Shown here: in pieces, positions 1 to 14,640 of the stretch
Position numbering within the stretch: position 1 is the first letter of the stretch
Layout of the letters: every line of letters starts with the position of its first letter
Assembly: GCF_009914755.1 (NCBI RefSeq)
Contig: NC_060929.1
DNA length: 64,000 bases
Source: the human T2T-CHM13v2.0 reference genome, Homo sapiens
Direction: 5' to 3' (one strand)
The notes under the pieces: generated by a model
Told to the model about the DNA's origin: nothing
Databases searched by the model: none
The model's input: only the letters and a program-made list of their open reading frames with translations
Made by a program: the position numbers and the translations under genes

Positions 1-2397
1 ATATTCTACTGGCCATGATGCCACTGAACAGCTATGAACGAGGCCAGTGGGGAACCCTTACCTAAGTATGTGATTGACAAATCATGATCTGTACCTAAGC
101 TCAGTATGCAAAAGCCCAAACTAGTGCAGAAACTGTAAACTGTGCCTTTCAAAGAACTGGCCCTAGGTGAACAGGAAAACAATGAAGTTTGCATGACTAA
201 ATTGCAGAAGCATAATTTTATTTTTTTGGAGCACTTTTTCAGCAATATTAGCGGCTGAGGGGCTCAGGATCTATTTTAATATTTCAATTATTCTTCCATT
301 TCATATAGTGATCACAAGCAGGGGGTTCTGCAATTCCGTTCAAATTTTTTGTCACTGGCTATAAAATCAGTATCTGCCTCTTTTAGGTCAGAGTATGCTA
401 TGAGTAGCAATACATACATATATTTTTAAAAGTTGATACTTCTTTATGACCCACAGTTGACCTTTATTTTCTTAAATACCAGGGCAGTTGTGGCTCATTG
501 TGCATTTTACTGTTGGCCCATTCATTTCGTTTTTGGAAATTATGGTTTTGTATTTTCATGTTTATTTACATTCATTTTTGTTTATTCAGGGAAAGCTGAT
601 CTTTTTTTCAAACCAGAAAAAAAAAATGAACTAGATATGAAGTAGAGTTCATTAAATATCTTGCTATTGTCAGAGTTTTTAAAATATAGACTTAATTTTG
701 TTTTTTTAAATTGGAATACAATAAAGTACTACCTACATTTGAGTCAGTCACCACTCTTATTGTGCAGGTTAAGTACAAGTTAACTAAAAATAAACTGTCC
801 TCTCTGGTGCAACTCACAACCAAGATCAAGATTACCTTAAAATTTATTTGAATTTTTTAGATGTTTTGGTTGTCAAACTGTAGGAAACTTCACAACATTT
901 AAGTCTTACTCTGTATGTAACAATCCATCATTCACCTTCACTACTGGTAATAACATAGAGCTGCCATTTTCCTTTTACCATGCATCATCTCTTTACAGTA
1001 GGCCTGGCAGATCATTTTTTAAAAAGATTATTCAACTACCAATCAGTAATGTTTTTAAACAGTACATTTGCTTTGAACTTGGAAAATGTGTTCAGAAAGA
1101 AAAATGGAATTGAATTTCATTTATACACTAATTCCTTGGATTTTGCACAGTTACCTAACGGTTTTAGTCTGGAGTTAAATTCAGATGCATGGAATCCTGA
1201 AGGAAAATGGTAGCTTTTTAATCTTTTTGTGTGTGTGTGAGTCTTTTAAATCAAGTACTGATTAACTATTAAGTACAACTTTGAGATTTTAGTTTTAACT
1301 CTTCAGAAGCCAGTGTGAAATAGAATTGGTTATTCTCAAAGACTCAGGATAAACTAAATAAGCTATATATAGAGTACATTTAAAATGTACAACACAAATT
1401 GGAAGTAAAATAAGTTACAAGATAAGTTTACAGGGATATATTGCTTACAATTTTTAAAAGGCAGTTTGTTTTTTATGTGAATATGTTTCTTAGTGAAATT
1501 TTACATTCCTTTGTTTTGGAAGATTGGCGATATTTGAAGAGTTAAAAATAGTACAGAAATGTGAAGTTTGGTATCTCTAAATGTGTTGTACTTGACTTTC
1601 TTTTTTATTTTTTTTTATTTTTTTTGACTACTTAGAATTTTCACAATTCTAATAAGATTGTTTCCAAGTCTCTCATGTGCAAGCTTTAAAGGATGCACTC
1701 TTGCCATTTTATGTACTGGAAGATCATTGGTCAGATGAATACTGTGTCTGACAAAAATGTAAACTGTATAAACTGAGGAACCTCAGCTAATCAGTATTAC
1801 TTTGTAGATCACCATGCCCACCACATTTCAAACTCAAACTATCTGTAGATTTCAAAATCCATTGTGTTTGAGTTTGTTTGCAGTTCCCTCAGCTTGCTGG
1901 TAATTGTGGTGTTTTGTTTTTTGTTTTGTTTTCAATGCAAATGTGATGTAATATTCTTATTTTCTTTGGATCAAAGCTGGACTGGAAATTGTATCGTGTA
2001 ATTATTTTTGTGTTCTTAATGTTATTTGGTACTCAAGTTGTAAATAACGTCTACTACTGTTTATTCCAGTTTCTACTACCTCAGGTGTCCTATAGATTTT
2101 TCTTCTACCAAAGTTCACTTTCACAATGAAATTATATTTGCTGTGTGACTATGATTCCTAAGATTTCCAGGGCTTAAGGGCTAACTTCTATTAGCACCTT
2201 ACTGTGTAAGCAAATGTTACAAAAAAAAAAAAAAAAAAATCTCTGGGTTAAGAAAATTTGGCTTAAATGTATCCTTTGTTATTTTAAATATATTGAGATA
2301 TTTTAATTAAAATTTTTACCCCATTGAACCGATTTTATAGTATTTGTACCTATTTTGGTGTTTTTGTCTTTATAGTAAATAAAAGTTTTTGAACAAA
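1..2397 (+). other. MAP3K1: Distal 3' UTR of MAP3K1 (last exon; stop codon lies upstream of the window)
   Basis: AT/U-rich, no interspersed repeats, many 8mer miRNA seed matches, ends at AATAAA with a downstream GT/T-rich tract. Gene identity rests on the known order MAP3K1-SETD9-MIER3 and recall; no coding sequence is present. Confidence 0.8.
2378..2383 (+). terminator. Canonical poly(A) signal AATAAA of MAP3K1
   Basis: AATAAA with upstream TGTA (2345) and downstream TGTTGTTACTTTT; repeat-derived sequence starts just after. Confidence 0.8.
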
Positions 2398-2409
2398 TGT
2401 TGTTACTTT

Positions 2410-3600
2410 TATTTATTTTGAAATAATTTCATACTTATATAAAAGTTGCAAGAATACCACAGAGAACTTCTGTATACCCTTCACCCAAAGACCCCAGTCA
2501 GGTTTCACCAGCTGCCCATTTATGTCCTTTATAGCAAGAGGATCCAAACCAGGATCACATGTTGCTCTCAGTTGTCATGTTTCTTCAGTCTCATTGAATC
2601 CAGGGCCATTCCTTAGTTCTTCCTTGACCTTAATGGCCTTAATTTTTTAAAGATTTCAGATTATTGTTTTATAGAAGCTCTTCAAATTGAGTTTGTCTGG
2701 TGCTGCTTCTTGATTAGATTCAGAGTATGCACTTTTGGCAGGAACATCACAGAGGTGATGCTGTGCTCCTCTCGGTGTGTCATGTCAGGAGGCATAGAGG
2801 TCGTTTGCCCCATCACTGGTGATAACTGATAGTAACACTGTATAGTTAGTCTTTCCTTTTATAATTAAAATCCACCTTTATAATTGGAAGTATTCTTTGG
2901 GGGTGATATTAGAGACTACATAAATATGATGTTTCTTGCCCAGTTTTAACTCTGCTCTTAGCTTTTTTGCCTGAATATATTACTCTGATGGTTGCCAAAT
3001 GGTGATGTAGTTCCTTCACTTTTTCTTTGCAACATTTTGCTGCAAAGAAGAGCTTTCCCTTCTCCCATTTATTTATCATGTATCATCATATATTTGCTCA
3101 ACTTGTTGCGGATTTGCCCAGTGGGAATGTCTGAGAGCTAGCTTCTCTATCCTTGGCAAGCCACCATTATTCTTTGAACACTTCCATACTTTCAGCCCCA
3201 TCTTACGCAATGTCTCCTTTGGCCCTGGAATCAGCCATTTTCCCAAAGAGCCCTGATTCCTTTGATAGAGAATGGTATGTTTAAAACCAACATCTGGGTG
3301 CTAGATAGGCTCAATTCTACTGGATGTCACCACTCCTTGGCTGTCTTGGTAGAGCTAGAATGTATTTATGAATATGCACAGTTCGGTGCACACTTGCAAA
3401 ATACGCATACATATACCTACCTACATACATAAAAACCATGAGCTCACACCAACCTTCCAACTGCAATCCAACACCAACAGGGTTCATTCAAGCTTTCCCT
3501 TTTTCCAAATTTGTAACTTTCTTAGGCAGTGAGAATCATGACTGATTATTCCCAACATATTGACTTACTTGCTTAATTCTTCCTCATGTCCCTCCCCCAT
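2410..3600 (-). mobile_element. Old L1 (L1MC/ME-like) 3' fragments
   Basis: ATTTTGAAATAATTTCATACTTA...AAGTTGCAAGAATA...CTGTATACCCTTCACCCA resembles the reverse of an old L1M 3' end; boundaries approximate. Confidence 0.55.
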
Positions 3601-3694
3601 GTAACCGATCTCCATGCAAAATGGTTAATGTTGCTGAGTTCAGAAGCCATTTTGTTTCTCTACATTGGTTTCAAGTTTCTGTATAATTTGATTT

Positions 3695-3976
3695 GTTGTT
3701 TTTTTTGTTTTTTTTGTTTTTTTTTTTTTTTGAGACAGTCTCACTCTGTTGTCCACGTTGAAGTGCAGTGGCACAATCTCAGCTCACTAAAGGCTCTGCC
3801 TCCCAGGTTCAAAGGATGCTCCTGCCTCAGCCTCCCGAGTAGCTGGGATTACAGGTGGACACCACCATGCCTGTCTAATTTTTGTATTTTTAGTAGAGAC
3901 AAGGTTTCACCATGTTGGCCAGGCTGGTCTCGAATTCCTGACCTCAGGTGAACCACCTGCCTCGGCCTCCCAAAGT
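3695..3976 (-). mobile_element. AluS-type, 5'-truncated by ~35 nt
   Basis: Poly-T then Alu body ending CCTCGGCCTCCCAAAGT; target-site duplication GTATAATTTGATTT at 3681-3694 and 3975-3988. Confidence 0.95.
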
Positions 3977-4439
3977 ATAATTTGATTTTAAATGTAAGTC
4001 TTTTAAATAGGTTTTGGGTATTTTTTGCAAAAGGGTACATTTCTGTCACTTAAAAATATTAAGTTGGAGAAAAGTTTTTTTTCCAGATGAAGTAATAGAA
4101 CCAATTCTATTGCTCCTTAATTCTATTTAAATGATATTAATAATTTTATAAAATGGGTGACAGTCTTCATGTCAGAATCCAGAAAAATGTTGGGGTATTG
4201 TGCTCATAGAAATGCCAATGATTGCATTTATGAGCTGATGTAAGTCATTTGTTATAAAACAATGCATGAAATAACTACAGTGAGGGAAAACTGACTAATG
4301 GAAACTTATACAAATTGCTGTCTTTCTATGTCATGACGTGGTTTGGCCGTTTTAAATTATACTATAAGCATAAATGCCAGGTTGAGCTGTGATTAAAAAG
4401 GAAAGGACGGGCCTCTTAAAGTAGGTAACGACGGATGCA

Positions 4440-4620
4440 GTGACTACAGGACCTGAGATACAACCTGGGTTAAATCTGGTTCTGCCACTTACCTGCTACG
4501 TGACCCCCATTTTGACTTTCTGAACCTCCATTTCTGCATCTATAAAATGAAAGTGACAGTGTCGTGAGAAGTGAGAGCCTATATAAATGGCCTAGAATAG
4601 TATCTGGCATGTAGTGAATG
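4440..4620 (+). mobile_element. MIR fragment
   Basis: CCTGGGTTAAATCTGGTTCTGCCACTTAC...CTGAACCTCCATTTCTGCATCTATAAAATG matches the MIR core. Confidence 0.7.
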
Positions 4621-4689
4621 CACAAGATGTGTTTTTATGAATGAATGACCCAAAGGTCACAGACTCAAACCACCCATGGGACTAGATCC

Positions 4690-4930
4690 CCAGCAAGGCT
4701 TGTGGCGGACCTAAGAGTTTGCGTCAAGTTCATGTACAAGGGAGGTCATAGTTACCATGTCAGAATGAAAGCCCAGTATTGTCAAATCCTCTAAATTTTC
4801 AAGAGAAGCTGGAAATCTGGATTTTAGGTGCAATTCCCTGATGTTTAAACATTAAAAACTAATTTAAATCCTTATTAAGAACTATAAAAATTATTTGGGC
4901 TAGACTACTGTCCTGTGGCTGACTACCTTT
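4690..4930. mobile_element. hAT-Charlie DNA transposon remnant (MER103C-like)
   Basis: TTTTCAAGAGAAGCTGGAAATCTGGATTTT motif; a similar motif occurs at ~61730. Confidence 0.45.
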
Positions 4931-5014
4931 TGACCTCTGATCTGTGCCCAGGCTTAGAAAACAAAAAAGGTAGAAAATTAGACGAGAATCTCAGCTTTGG
5001 GAAATTGGATCTAA

Positions 5015-5330
<316 letters not shown>

Positions 5331-5949
5331 AAGACTTTTGTCTTCCAAGATGTGAGATGAACAAAAGTGGAGATGCTGATTATAGATGCTAGACAGCTTA
5401 CCTCTGAAGAGAAAATTAATGTCTTAACTACACACACTAATGTGAAATGCTTACCACTACAGCTCAAGTATCATGTTACAAAATATTAATATGCATATGT
5501 AGCATTCAAATATGTTGTCGATGTTAGAGTTAACTTTGTAGGTCTTATTTTGCAATAGATAACTGTCTGCACAGTCCGTTACCAAAAGAACTCCATCGAT
5601 GACTGAAGCCAGTCTCATTAGTTGGTATGCAACCTGACATCTCTATACCCCATGCCTCATGGCCCTAGGTTGTAACTTATTACATCTGTAGAGGTAAAAC
5701 CAGCCTAAGCTGATGTGGCAAGGGATAAATCCTTCATGCCCCAAAATTCTTTTTCCCACAATGCTGAGATTCCTGTTAGAGTTTATTTTTGAGATAACTA
5801 AGTGATAGCTTCCCTTAAGGTCAATTTACTTAATAAGATTTCTCAACATCTATGTAGACATACTGAGAGGATGAGGGTTGTAACTAGGGTGAAATGGAGA
5901 GAAAGGATAGGAGGAGAAATAAAAAGATGGGGAGATATTGAAAAATCTT

Positions 5950-7200
5950 TGGCAGAGAGTGGCATGACGATATTTGTGCGTTAGAAAGAGCACCCTTGCA
6001 GTACCTTGAAGAAAGAATTACATGGGCCAGTACAAAAGGCAGAGAGAAAGTCAGAAGGCAATTGCAGTATCCAGAACCTAGGTGAAGGTAGCATCATGGG
6101 AATGAGGAGGAAGAGACAAATCTGAGCGATATTAAACAGCAGAATTGAAAGATTGTAGAAATGATCTTGGGGGAAGGGTATGCGGAGGATGGAGAATGAC
6201 ATTGAGGATGCGTCTGCTATCCAGGCTTGGTCACCTGTGTGAACGCTGGTGCCATTGCTGATACAAGGAAATCACAGGGGGAGTAGGTTGGAGGACAAGA
6301 TGTGCTTTGGCCATGTTAAAATATTCGAGTTGCCTGGAGGATATCCAAGTAGAAGTTTCCAGTAATACTGTATATGCACATGAGTACCTCCAGAGATACT
6401 TTGGTTGCAAATAATAAATGTGCAAGCTATTGACATATAAATGGTCACTGAAGCGATTGATATATCATTTAGGGTTGTACTCAGCTGCACGTAAAAGTGA
6501 CTGGACTACATAGCCTACAAATGAGAGAAGGTAAGCAGGTCAGGGCTGGTGTATTAGGCCTAGGGTGTCATCAATGTTGCCATGCTTTATCTTCCCGCTC
6601 CACTCTTCTCAGCATGAGGCTTTCACCCTCAGGCTCCAACTCTGATCTCCAATCTACAATCAGGGAAAGAAAAAGGAGAATAAAAAGGTAGTGCCTGTGT
6701 CAGGAAGACAGAAACTTTCCTTAAAATGCTTACGAGATTTTCACTCACATTTCATTTGACTAGAACTCCCTAGCTATAAGGAAGTCTGAGAAGAATGGAC
6801 ATCAAGCAGGCAACTCTACAGCATCTACCACAATGAGTCACAAGGGAAACGGGGGAGAATACTCAGGAGAATATGTTCAGTGAGGAAAAACCAAGACCAG
6901 AACCCCGATGAAGACCAAGATTTAAGGCATAGACAAGAAGCAGAATAGATAAAGGAGACAAGAGCTCATCTTCAGAAACTAGAAACGCACAGGGTCAGGG
7001 AAATCAAGAGAGGAAAATGTTTTAAAGAAAGGTCAGTAATTTCAAAAGCCACAGACGTCAGGTAAGATAAGAACTTAAGTCTCACAAGGTGAATGGCAAG
7101 GACCATTCCAGTGAAGCCGACTAGAAGGAAACATGATCATAGCTGGGCAAGCATGGTCATGGAGATGATGTGCATAGCCTACTTTGTCCAGAAGTCTGTC
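5950..7200 (-). mobile_element. Degenerate L2 fragments
   Basis: Purine-rich L2-like stretches, e.g. GGTGCCATTGCTGATACAAGGAAATCACAGG...TTTGGCCATGTTAA. Confidence 0.45.
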
Positions 7201-7587
7201 TAGGAGCAAAAGTGAAGGGAACAACGTGGAAGAATTATTTGGGCAATTATGCAACCTCCAGAAGAGGGCAGCAGAGTAAAACTTTTAATTTGCACTGCCT
7301 GCCAGATATCTGAAAATCAAAGGTTATCTCACCCCTTCCTCAGGAATAGAGCAGAAATCTCAGTGTTCCCCCTTAGAATACTGAAAAAAACTCAAAACTA
7401 TCACTAAGAGTTGCATTTTTCCATTCTAAAACCTAGATTCTATGCTTATCTATTGCATAACAGGGTATTCCTAGTCCCTCTACCCGCTTCTAACAGTCTA
7501 CAACAAAAGGAGAGGCTGTAGCAAGATACTTGATGCCCTTTCCTGGTCTCTTGTTCTCAGAACCACTCTACTCTCAGCTGGCTGGGT

Positions 7588-7722
7588 CATCCATCCATTC
7601 ATCCATCCATCCATCCATCCAACCATCCATCCATCCATCCATCCATCCATCCATCCATCCATCCATCCATCTGTCCATCCATCCATCCATATCCATCCAT
7701 GCATCTATCCATCCATGCATCC
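7588..7722. repeat. (CCAT)n tetranucleotide microsatellite
   Basis: About 30 mostly perfect CCAT units read directly. Confidence 0.97.
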
Positions 7723-8399
7723 TGCCAACTACTGTTCCTCTGAGCTTTTCAAACTCTATTTCCAGCTAGTACTCTGCTACTAGAACATTCAATGACTATC
7801 TACTGCTGACTACCTCAAATGTCCATATTTTTTAATGGTCTGACCTTATTCTGCCTAAATCTTTATTTCCTACTATCCGTAATACAAAATTTCTGTTCTA
7901 CTCCTTTCGTTACATTCCTGCTCTGTGAATCCATTGTGTTCCACCCCACCTCTGCACCTTCCCTCACACCAGTGGTTTTCAAACTTTTTGTTCTCAGAGC
8001 AGTCAAGAAGTGCTGCCACAGAACCTTCCAGTCGATTCCCAAGACTGCCAAAACTAGCTGGTGTACTACATACCTATATGGAGCATGCTGCACAGTATAG
8101 TCCTAATAGATTTGTATATTTATTACATTTTTTTACAGTCGATGGCAGTAAAGTGGCCAAAGGAAAAGGTGCCTTTTGCTAATTCATACAAAGACTAGCA
8201 GAGATCATTTTCTCCTCCTTTTTATGCAATATTTTAGGTCCTGCAGCACAAAATTATTTTAAAATACTTTGTCTAATATCATCAATATGTAACATACTAC
8301 TATAATTCATAGAACTGGTATTAACTACAACATTCAATGAAGTGTCACATACTTTCCTTCTCAAAATTTTGAATCACAATATGTGGTTCTAACACTCAA

Positions 8400-9208
<809 letters not shown>

Positions 9209-9599
9209 GCTTCTGTTAATCCCTTCCACTTCTCTTCTACTTATTTCTCCTTGAAGCACTCCCCAACTCCAGTAGCTCACACTGAAATTCTATGGTAATT
9301 AATATTTAATTTTTAGAAATTATATGTTTTCTCAAGTAGACTGTAATCTTTTAAAGTTGTACCTAGGCATACAGTTTTCAATGAATAAATATTTGCCAGT
9401 TATGTTACCCACATTAGACTACATAGCTATTCAAATAGCCTACAGAATATCCACTATCTCTAACTATTATCTCTCTTCCAGCACAGAATTGTGAAATCAA
9501 AGTTGTGCCTGCTACTTCCTCTGTCCCCCTGACACCCAATAAACACACACACACACACACACCACATTTTCCTTCTCTGTGTTGGGTCATTCCCATCAA

Positions 9600-10400
9600 C
9601 ACACAAATATGCTACAAGATCTTTTATCTTACTGAATTATTCTCTGCCTTTGGCTCCATTTCTCTTCTTCTCTTTCCATAAAATTTACTGAAAGAGACAC
9701 ACACACTTGTTTCCCATTCCTCACCTCACATTTGCTTCTCAACGCACTCAAACACACTCAAACCTATCACCAAAACTGCTTTTGACCAAGTTATGAGGGG
9801 TCTGCATTTATTGACAGGTGACTTCATGGTCACTGCTCAATCTATGTTCTTTGCCATCCCCCTTTTCTTCCTAGGTGATCTCATCCAGGGCTCTGGCTAA
9901 AGACTCTATCACCAGCTATGGCTTCGGAGCTCCAGATGTGACAATATTCAACTAGATACTTGACATTTCTTGGAGGCATTTCAAAACTTCACCTTCCCAT
10001 ATCGAATCCATTGGCAAGTCCTGTGAGTTCCTCCAAAATAGAATCCTAATCCATCCACCCTCTCCATCTCCACAGTTACCATTCTAGTCTAAGCTACCAT
10101 CATCTCTGCCTAAACTACTGTATTCACCTCCTAATTGGCCTTACCGGTGTGGTGATTGCCCACCTTTTCACCACATAATATCCAAAGTGATCTTTTTAAA
10201 ACATGAATCAGATCCTATTACCCTCCTGCTTAAAACCCTCCAGTGGCTTCCCATTACACTAAGAATCCCAACTCCTCACCAGGACCTACAGGACTTGGCA
10301 TCTTCTCTTTCTCCCTGACTTCATCTTTCACTTTTTCTTACTTACCCTGTTCCATAACCTTATTTTCCCTGCTTGAACATGTGAAGCTCCTCCCCACCCA
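9600..10400 (+). mobile_element. L2 fragments
   Basis: CCATCATCTCTGCCTAAACTACTG...AGTGATCTTTTTAAAACATGAATCAGATC...CTGCTTAAAACCCTCCAGTGGCTTCCCAT is typical L2 3' sequence. Confidence 0.7.
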
Positions 10401-10815
10401 TGCTTGTCCATTTGCATTGCAATAAGGAATACCTGAGACTGAATAATTTATAAAGAAAAGAGGTTTATTTTGCCTCACAGTTCTGCCAACTGTATGAGAA
10501 GTGTGGCGCTGGAGCATCTGCTCCTGGTAAGCCCTCAGGAAGCTTCCAATCATAGCCGAAGGCAAAGGGGGAGCTGGTGTATCACATACAGAGAGAGGGA
10601 GCAAGGGAGAGAGGAGATGCCAGGCTCTTTTCAACAACCAGCTCTCGCATGAACTCACACAGCAAGAACTCACTCATTGAGGTGAGGACAGCACCAGGCC
10701 ATAGGTGAGGGATCTGCCCTCATGACCCAAACACCTCCCACTAGGCACATCTCCAACACTGGAGGTCACATTTTAACATGAGATTTGGAGGGATAAAAAC
10801 ATCCAAACCATATCA
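10400..10815. mobile_element. MaLR solo LTR (MST family)
   Basis: TGCAATAAGGAATACCTGAGACTGAATAATTTATAAAGAAAAGAGGTTTATTT...CATGAGATTTGGAGGG...CATCCAAACCATATCA, inserted in L2. Confidence 0.85.
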
Positions 10816-11590
10816 CTACCTCAGTGCCTTTGCATTTCCCATTGGGAGAATCTCCCCGTGGATATTTTCAAGTTCGTTGCCTTCTTATTCAGGTCTCAGC
10901 CATTCATGTCATCACCCTATCGAAAATTGATACCCCTAATCCCACACCATGTGACCCACATAAAGAGAGTGGGGTCCCAGCAGGAAACAGATGACACACA
11001 CAAATTAAGACATTTGAAAATAATTGTGTAACAGCATGGACAGAATGAAGGGAAACCACAAGGATAGTACACAGAACTGTGGAGTTGGCAATAATAGAGT
11101 GCTGTTACCATCCATAGGCTTGAATGAAACCCGGAAACACATAAGACTACATGGAGAGGACCTTAGGTTGGAATACAGCCAGTACACAGAGACCAGCACC
11201 TCACTCTCCTCTCTTCTTGCAGTTTCCTGCCAGTGCTCTCCACTGGTTGAATCCACTTGGAAGCAGGAAGATGAGGGACCTTGTTGATGTGCAAGCCAGT
11301 CAATCCCCCAGGGTGTGGACAGTGGATCTGGACAGGCTACATAAGATATCCAGCCCACTCTCTTCTCATTATCCTGCCTTGTTTTCTTTATTGCATTTAT
11401 CACTGTCTGACATTATTTATGTGTTTACTTAGTATCTGTCTCCTGCACTAGAGCTCGGGACATAATAGAAGTTCAATAAATTATTTAAAAATCAAGTTAA
11501 TCTCATTTTGAACTCTGGAAGTTACAATCTGTCCAGGCATACATGCCTTATTTATAATATTTAGGACACTGATGTTAAAGATGATTTTAC

Positions 11591-11848
11591 CAGCCAGGTG
11601 CAGTGCCTCACGTCTGTAATCTCAGCACTTTGGGAGGCCAAGGCAGGAGGACCGATTGAGCTCAGGAGTTCAAGACAAGCCTGGGCAACATAGTGAGACC
11701 CCATCTCTACAAAATTAAAAATTAAAAAATTAGCCAGGCATGGTGGTGCATGCCTGTAATCCCGGCTACTTGGGGAGAATAAGGAGGGAGGATTGCTTGA
11801 ACCCAAGAGTTTGGAGGCTGCAGTGAGCTATACCCTGTCTCAAAAAAG
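11591..11848 (+). mobile_element. AluJ with ~40-nt deletion in the right arm
   Basis: GCAGTGAGCTATA joins directly to CCCTGTCTCAAAA. Confidence 0.9.
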
Positions 11849-12129
11849 AACATTTTTCCTACACAGTAGTTTTGTGATTTATAGCATAAATGGGTTTTAA
11901 ATGGAAAACACAGCACATACATTCTTATATTCAATTGGGTAGAGTATTTGGGGAAACTGGAAACAACAGGAAGTGGGAAAAAGAGTCAGAAGAAGAGGGT
12001 AATTTTGGATAGCAGCATATCTCCATGCCCATCGTGGCCAATCTTTTGCTTGCTATCTATGATATATTATAAAACTGTCTGTCAAATTGTCATTCTTCAT
12101 TCATCTGTATTTAAAAGTTATGTAAATCA

Positions 12130-13400
12130 ATAAAGACAGATGATTTAAAAGACACTATGAACCAATGACCTACTTAATATTTATAGAACCCTAAACCCAA
12201 CAACTACAGAATATACACTCCTTTCAACTGAACACGGTATATTCACCAAGATAGAGTGCATGCTGGGACACAAAACAAGTCAATAAATTTAAAAGAATTG
12301 AAATCATTCATGTTTTCTGACACAACAGAATTAAACTAAACACCAGTTACAATAAGATATCTAGAAATCCCAAATATTTGGAAATTAAAAACACATTTCT
12401 AAATATTTCATGGATTAAAAACATAAATAACAAAGAAATTTTAAAAATATTTTGTACTGAATGATAATGAAAATACAACATATCAAAATTCCTGAGATTT
12501 GGCTACAGTAATGTTTGGAAGGATAGTTATAACTTTAGATGCTTCTATAGAAATGAAGGAAAGACCAAAATCAGTGACCTAATATTCTATTCTAAGAAAC
12601 TAGAAAAAGAAGAGAAAAATAAACTACTTTATGTTTAAGTAGAAAACATAAAATAATAAAGATAAGAATATGACTGGTCACGGTGACTTATGCCTGTAAT
12701 TCCAATTATTTGGAAGGCATAGGCAGTTGGGTCACTTGGGGACCAGTTCAGGCAACACAGTGAGACCCCATCACTAAAAATAAAAAAAGAGAGAAAAAAG
12801 ATAAGAACAGAGGTCAACAAAATAAAAAATAAGCAGGGAAAAGTAATAAAGCCAAAAGCTGTTTCTTTGAAAAGATTGACAAACCCTCAATTACAATGAT
12901 GAAGAAGAGAACACAAATCACCAAAATCAGGAACAAAAATGGGCTATTACAACAGATCATACAGACATTAAAAGGTTAGTAAGACAGTATTTATAAACAA
13001 CTTTATACCAAGATATTTGGCAACTTAGACAAAATGAACAAATTCCATAAAAATATAACTTACCAAACAACACAAGATGAAACGGACATTATGAATAGCC
13101 CTATATCTTTAAAATAAGTTGAATTTATTATCAAAGAAAATTACAAGCCCAGATGTTTTCACAGGCAAATTCTATCTAAAAAATTTTAAAACATACTTCA
13201 AAATAAATGTGGGATGACAATAGCATATATTAAAACCTACAGGATCTGACCAAAGAGGTACTCATAACTGAGTAGTTATGTCAGAAATCCAAGGACGGTC
13301 AACATTTGACAATGTGTCATCATTCACTACATGAATAAATGAATAGAAACTATATGGTCATCTCAATAAGCAGAGAAAAGCATTTGATATTTATCATTCA
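12130..13400 (+). mobile_element. Old L1M ORF2-region fragment, interrupted by a FLAM-like monomer at ~12674-12790
   Basis: A-rich L1-like sequence (CAACTACAGAATATACACTCCTTTCAA..., AAGCCAAAAGCTGTTTCTTTGAAAAGAT); no intact ORF. Confidence 0.75.
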
Positions 13401-14310
13401 TTTAAAATTTAAAACAATAAAAATTTTTGGAAAGTCAAAAATAGAACTTTAAAAAACTTCATAAAGTATACATACCTACTAGAAAACTACAGTAAATATT
13501 AAACTTGAAGGCAAAACCTCAAAAATAGAAGAATGCAGTAGACTTAAACCAATATGGGTAGATCTTCAAGATGTATTTTTGAGGAAATCAAATAAGTTGT
13601 GGATCCTTATAATATTTTAACAATACTCACACAAAATACTATGTATTTTCTATAAAAACATACGCGGGTATGTAAATACATAAAAATAAAACTGGCAGAA
13701 AACACACCCGTCTGATAACTTCTGAGAAGCGCCAAGTACCAGGATTGGTGGAAGTACAAGGTACGGTGTTTGGTTAAGGGTGACTTGAGCTTTAGCTACC
13801 ATGTTTCTATTTGTATAACTTTAGATGCTTCCATTAGAAAAGAAGAAAAGATTAAAATTAGTGACCTAATAACCTACTTTAAGAAACTAGAAAAAGAAGG
13901 TTTTCATTAATTACTTAGCTAACCAAAATTTAATTTTAATACCATAAATATAAAAAAACTGTAAAAATATACAAAAACTGATTTTTTTCTTTTTTTAGAC
14001 AAGTACATTACCATAGGTAAAGATTAAACTAGTTCTTTTGGGTTCTTTGTTAAGTTTGGAGACTATAAAGAAACTTTCTTGTATGCCACTTATTAATACA
14101 TCCTGGAACTGAATTGACTCCATTTAGCAAGTCAGGTAAATCTAGATTATGCCAAATTATCAAACAAACACAGAGTCTGAGAGAAAACCTCTAGAGTTTG
14201 CTAACATTCTATATGATATGAACGAAATAGAGACATTGGTAGATACTCTTTCTCTTTATTTCTTTCAGAATAGAACAAATTAGTCCCGCAGCTACTGGCG
14301 ATTGGCTGAA

Positions 14311-14640
<330 letters not shown>

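Noticed and set aside
2221-2239. A-run as a retrocopy tail or transcript end
   Set aside because: Genomic A tract inside the UTR with no adjacent AATAAA or TSD; relevant only as an oligo-dT mispriming site.
7498-7769. ORFs with WMDG and SIHP repeats
   Set aside because: Translation of the (CCAT)n microsatellite.
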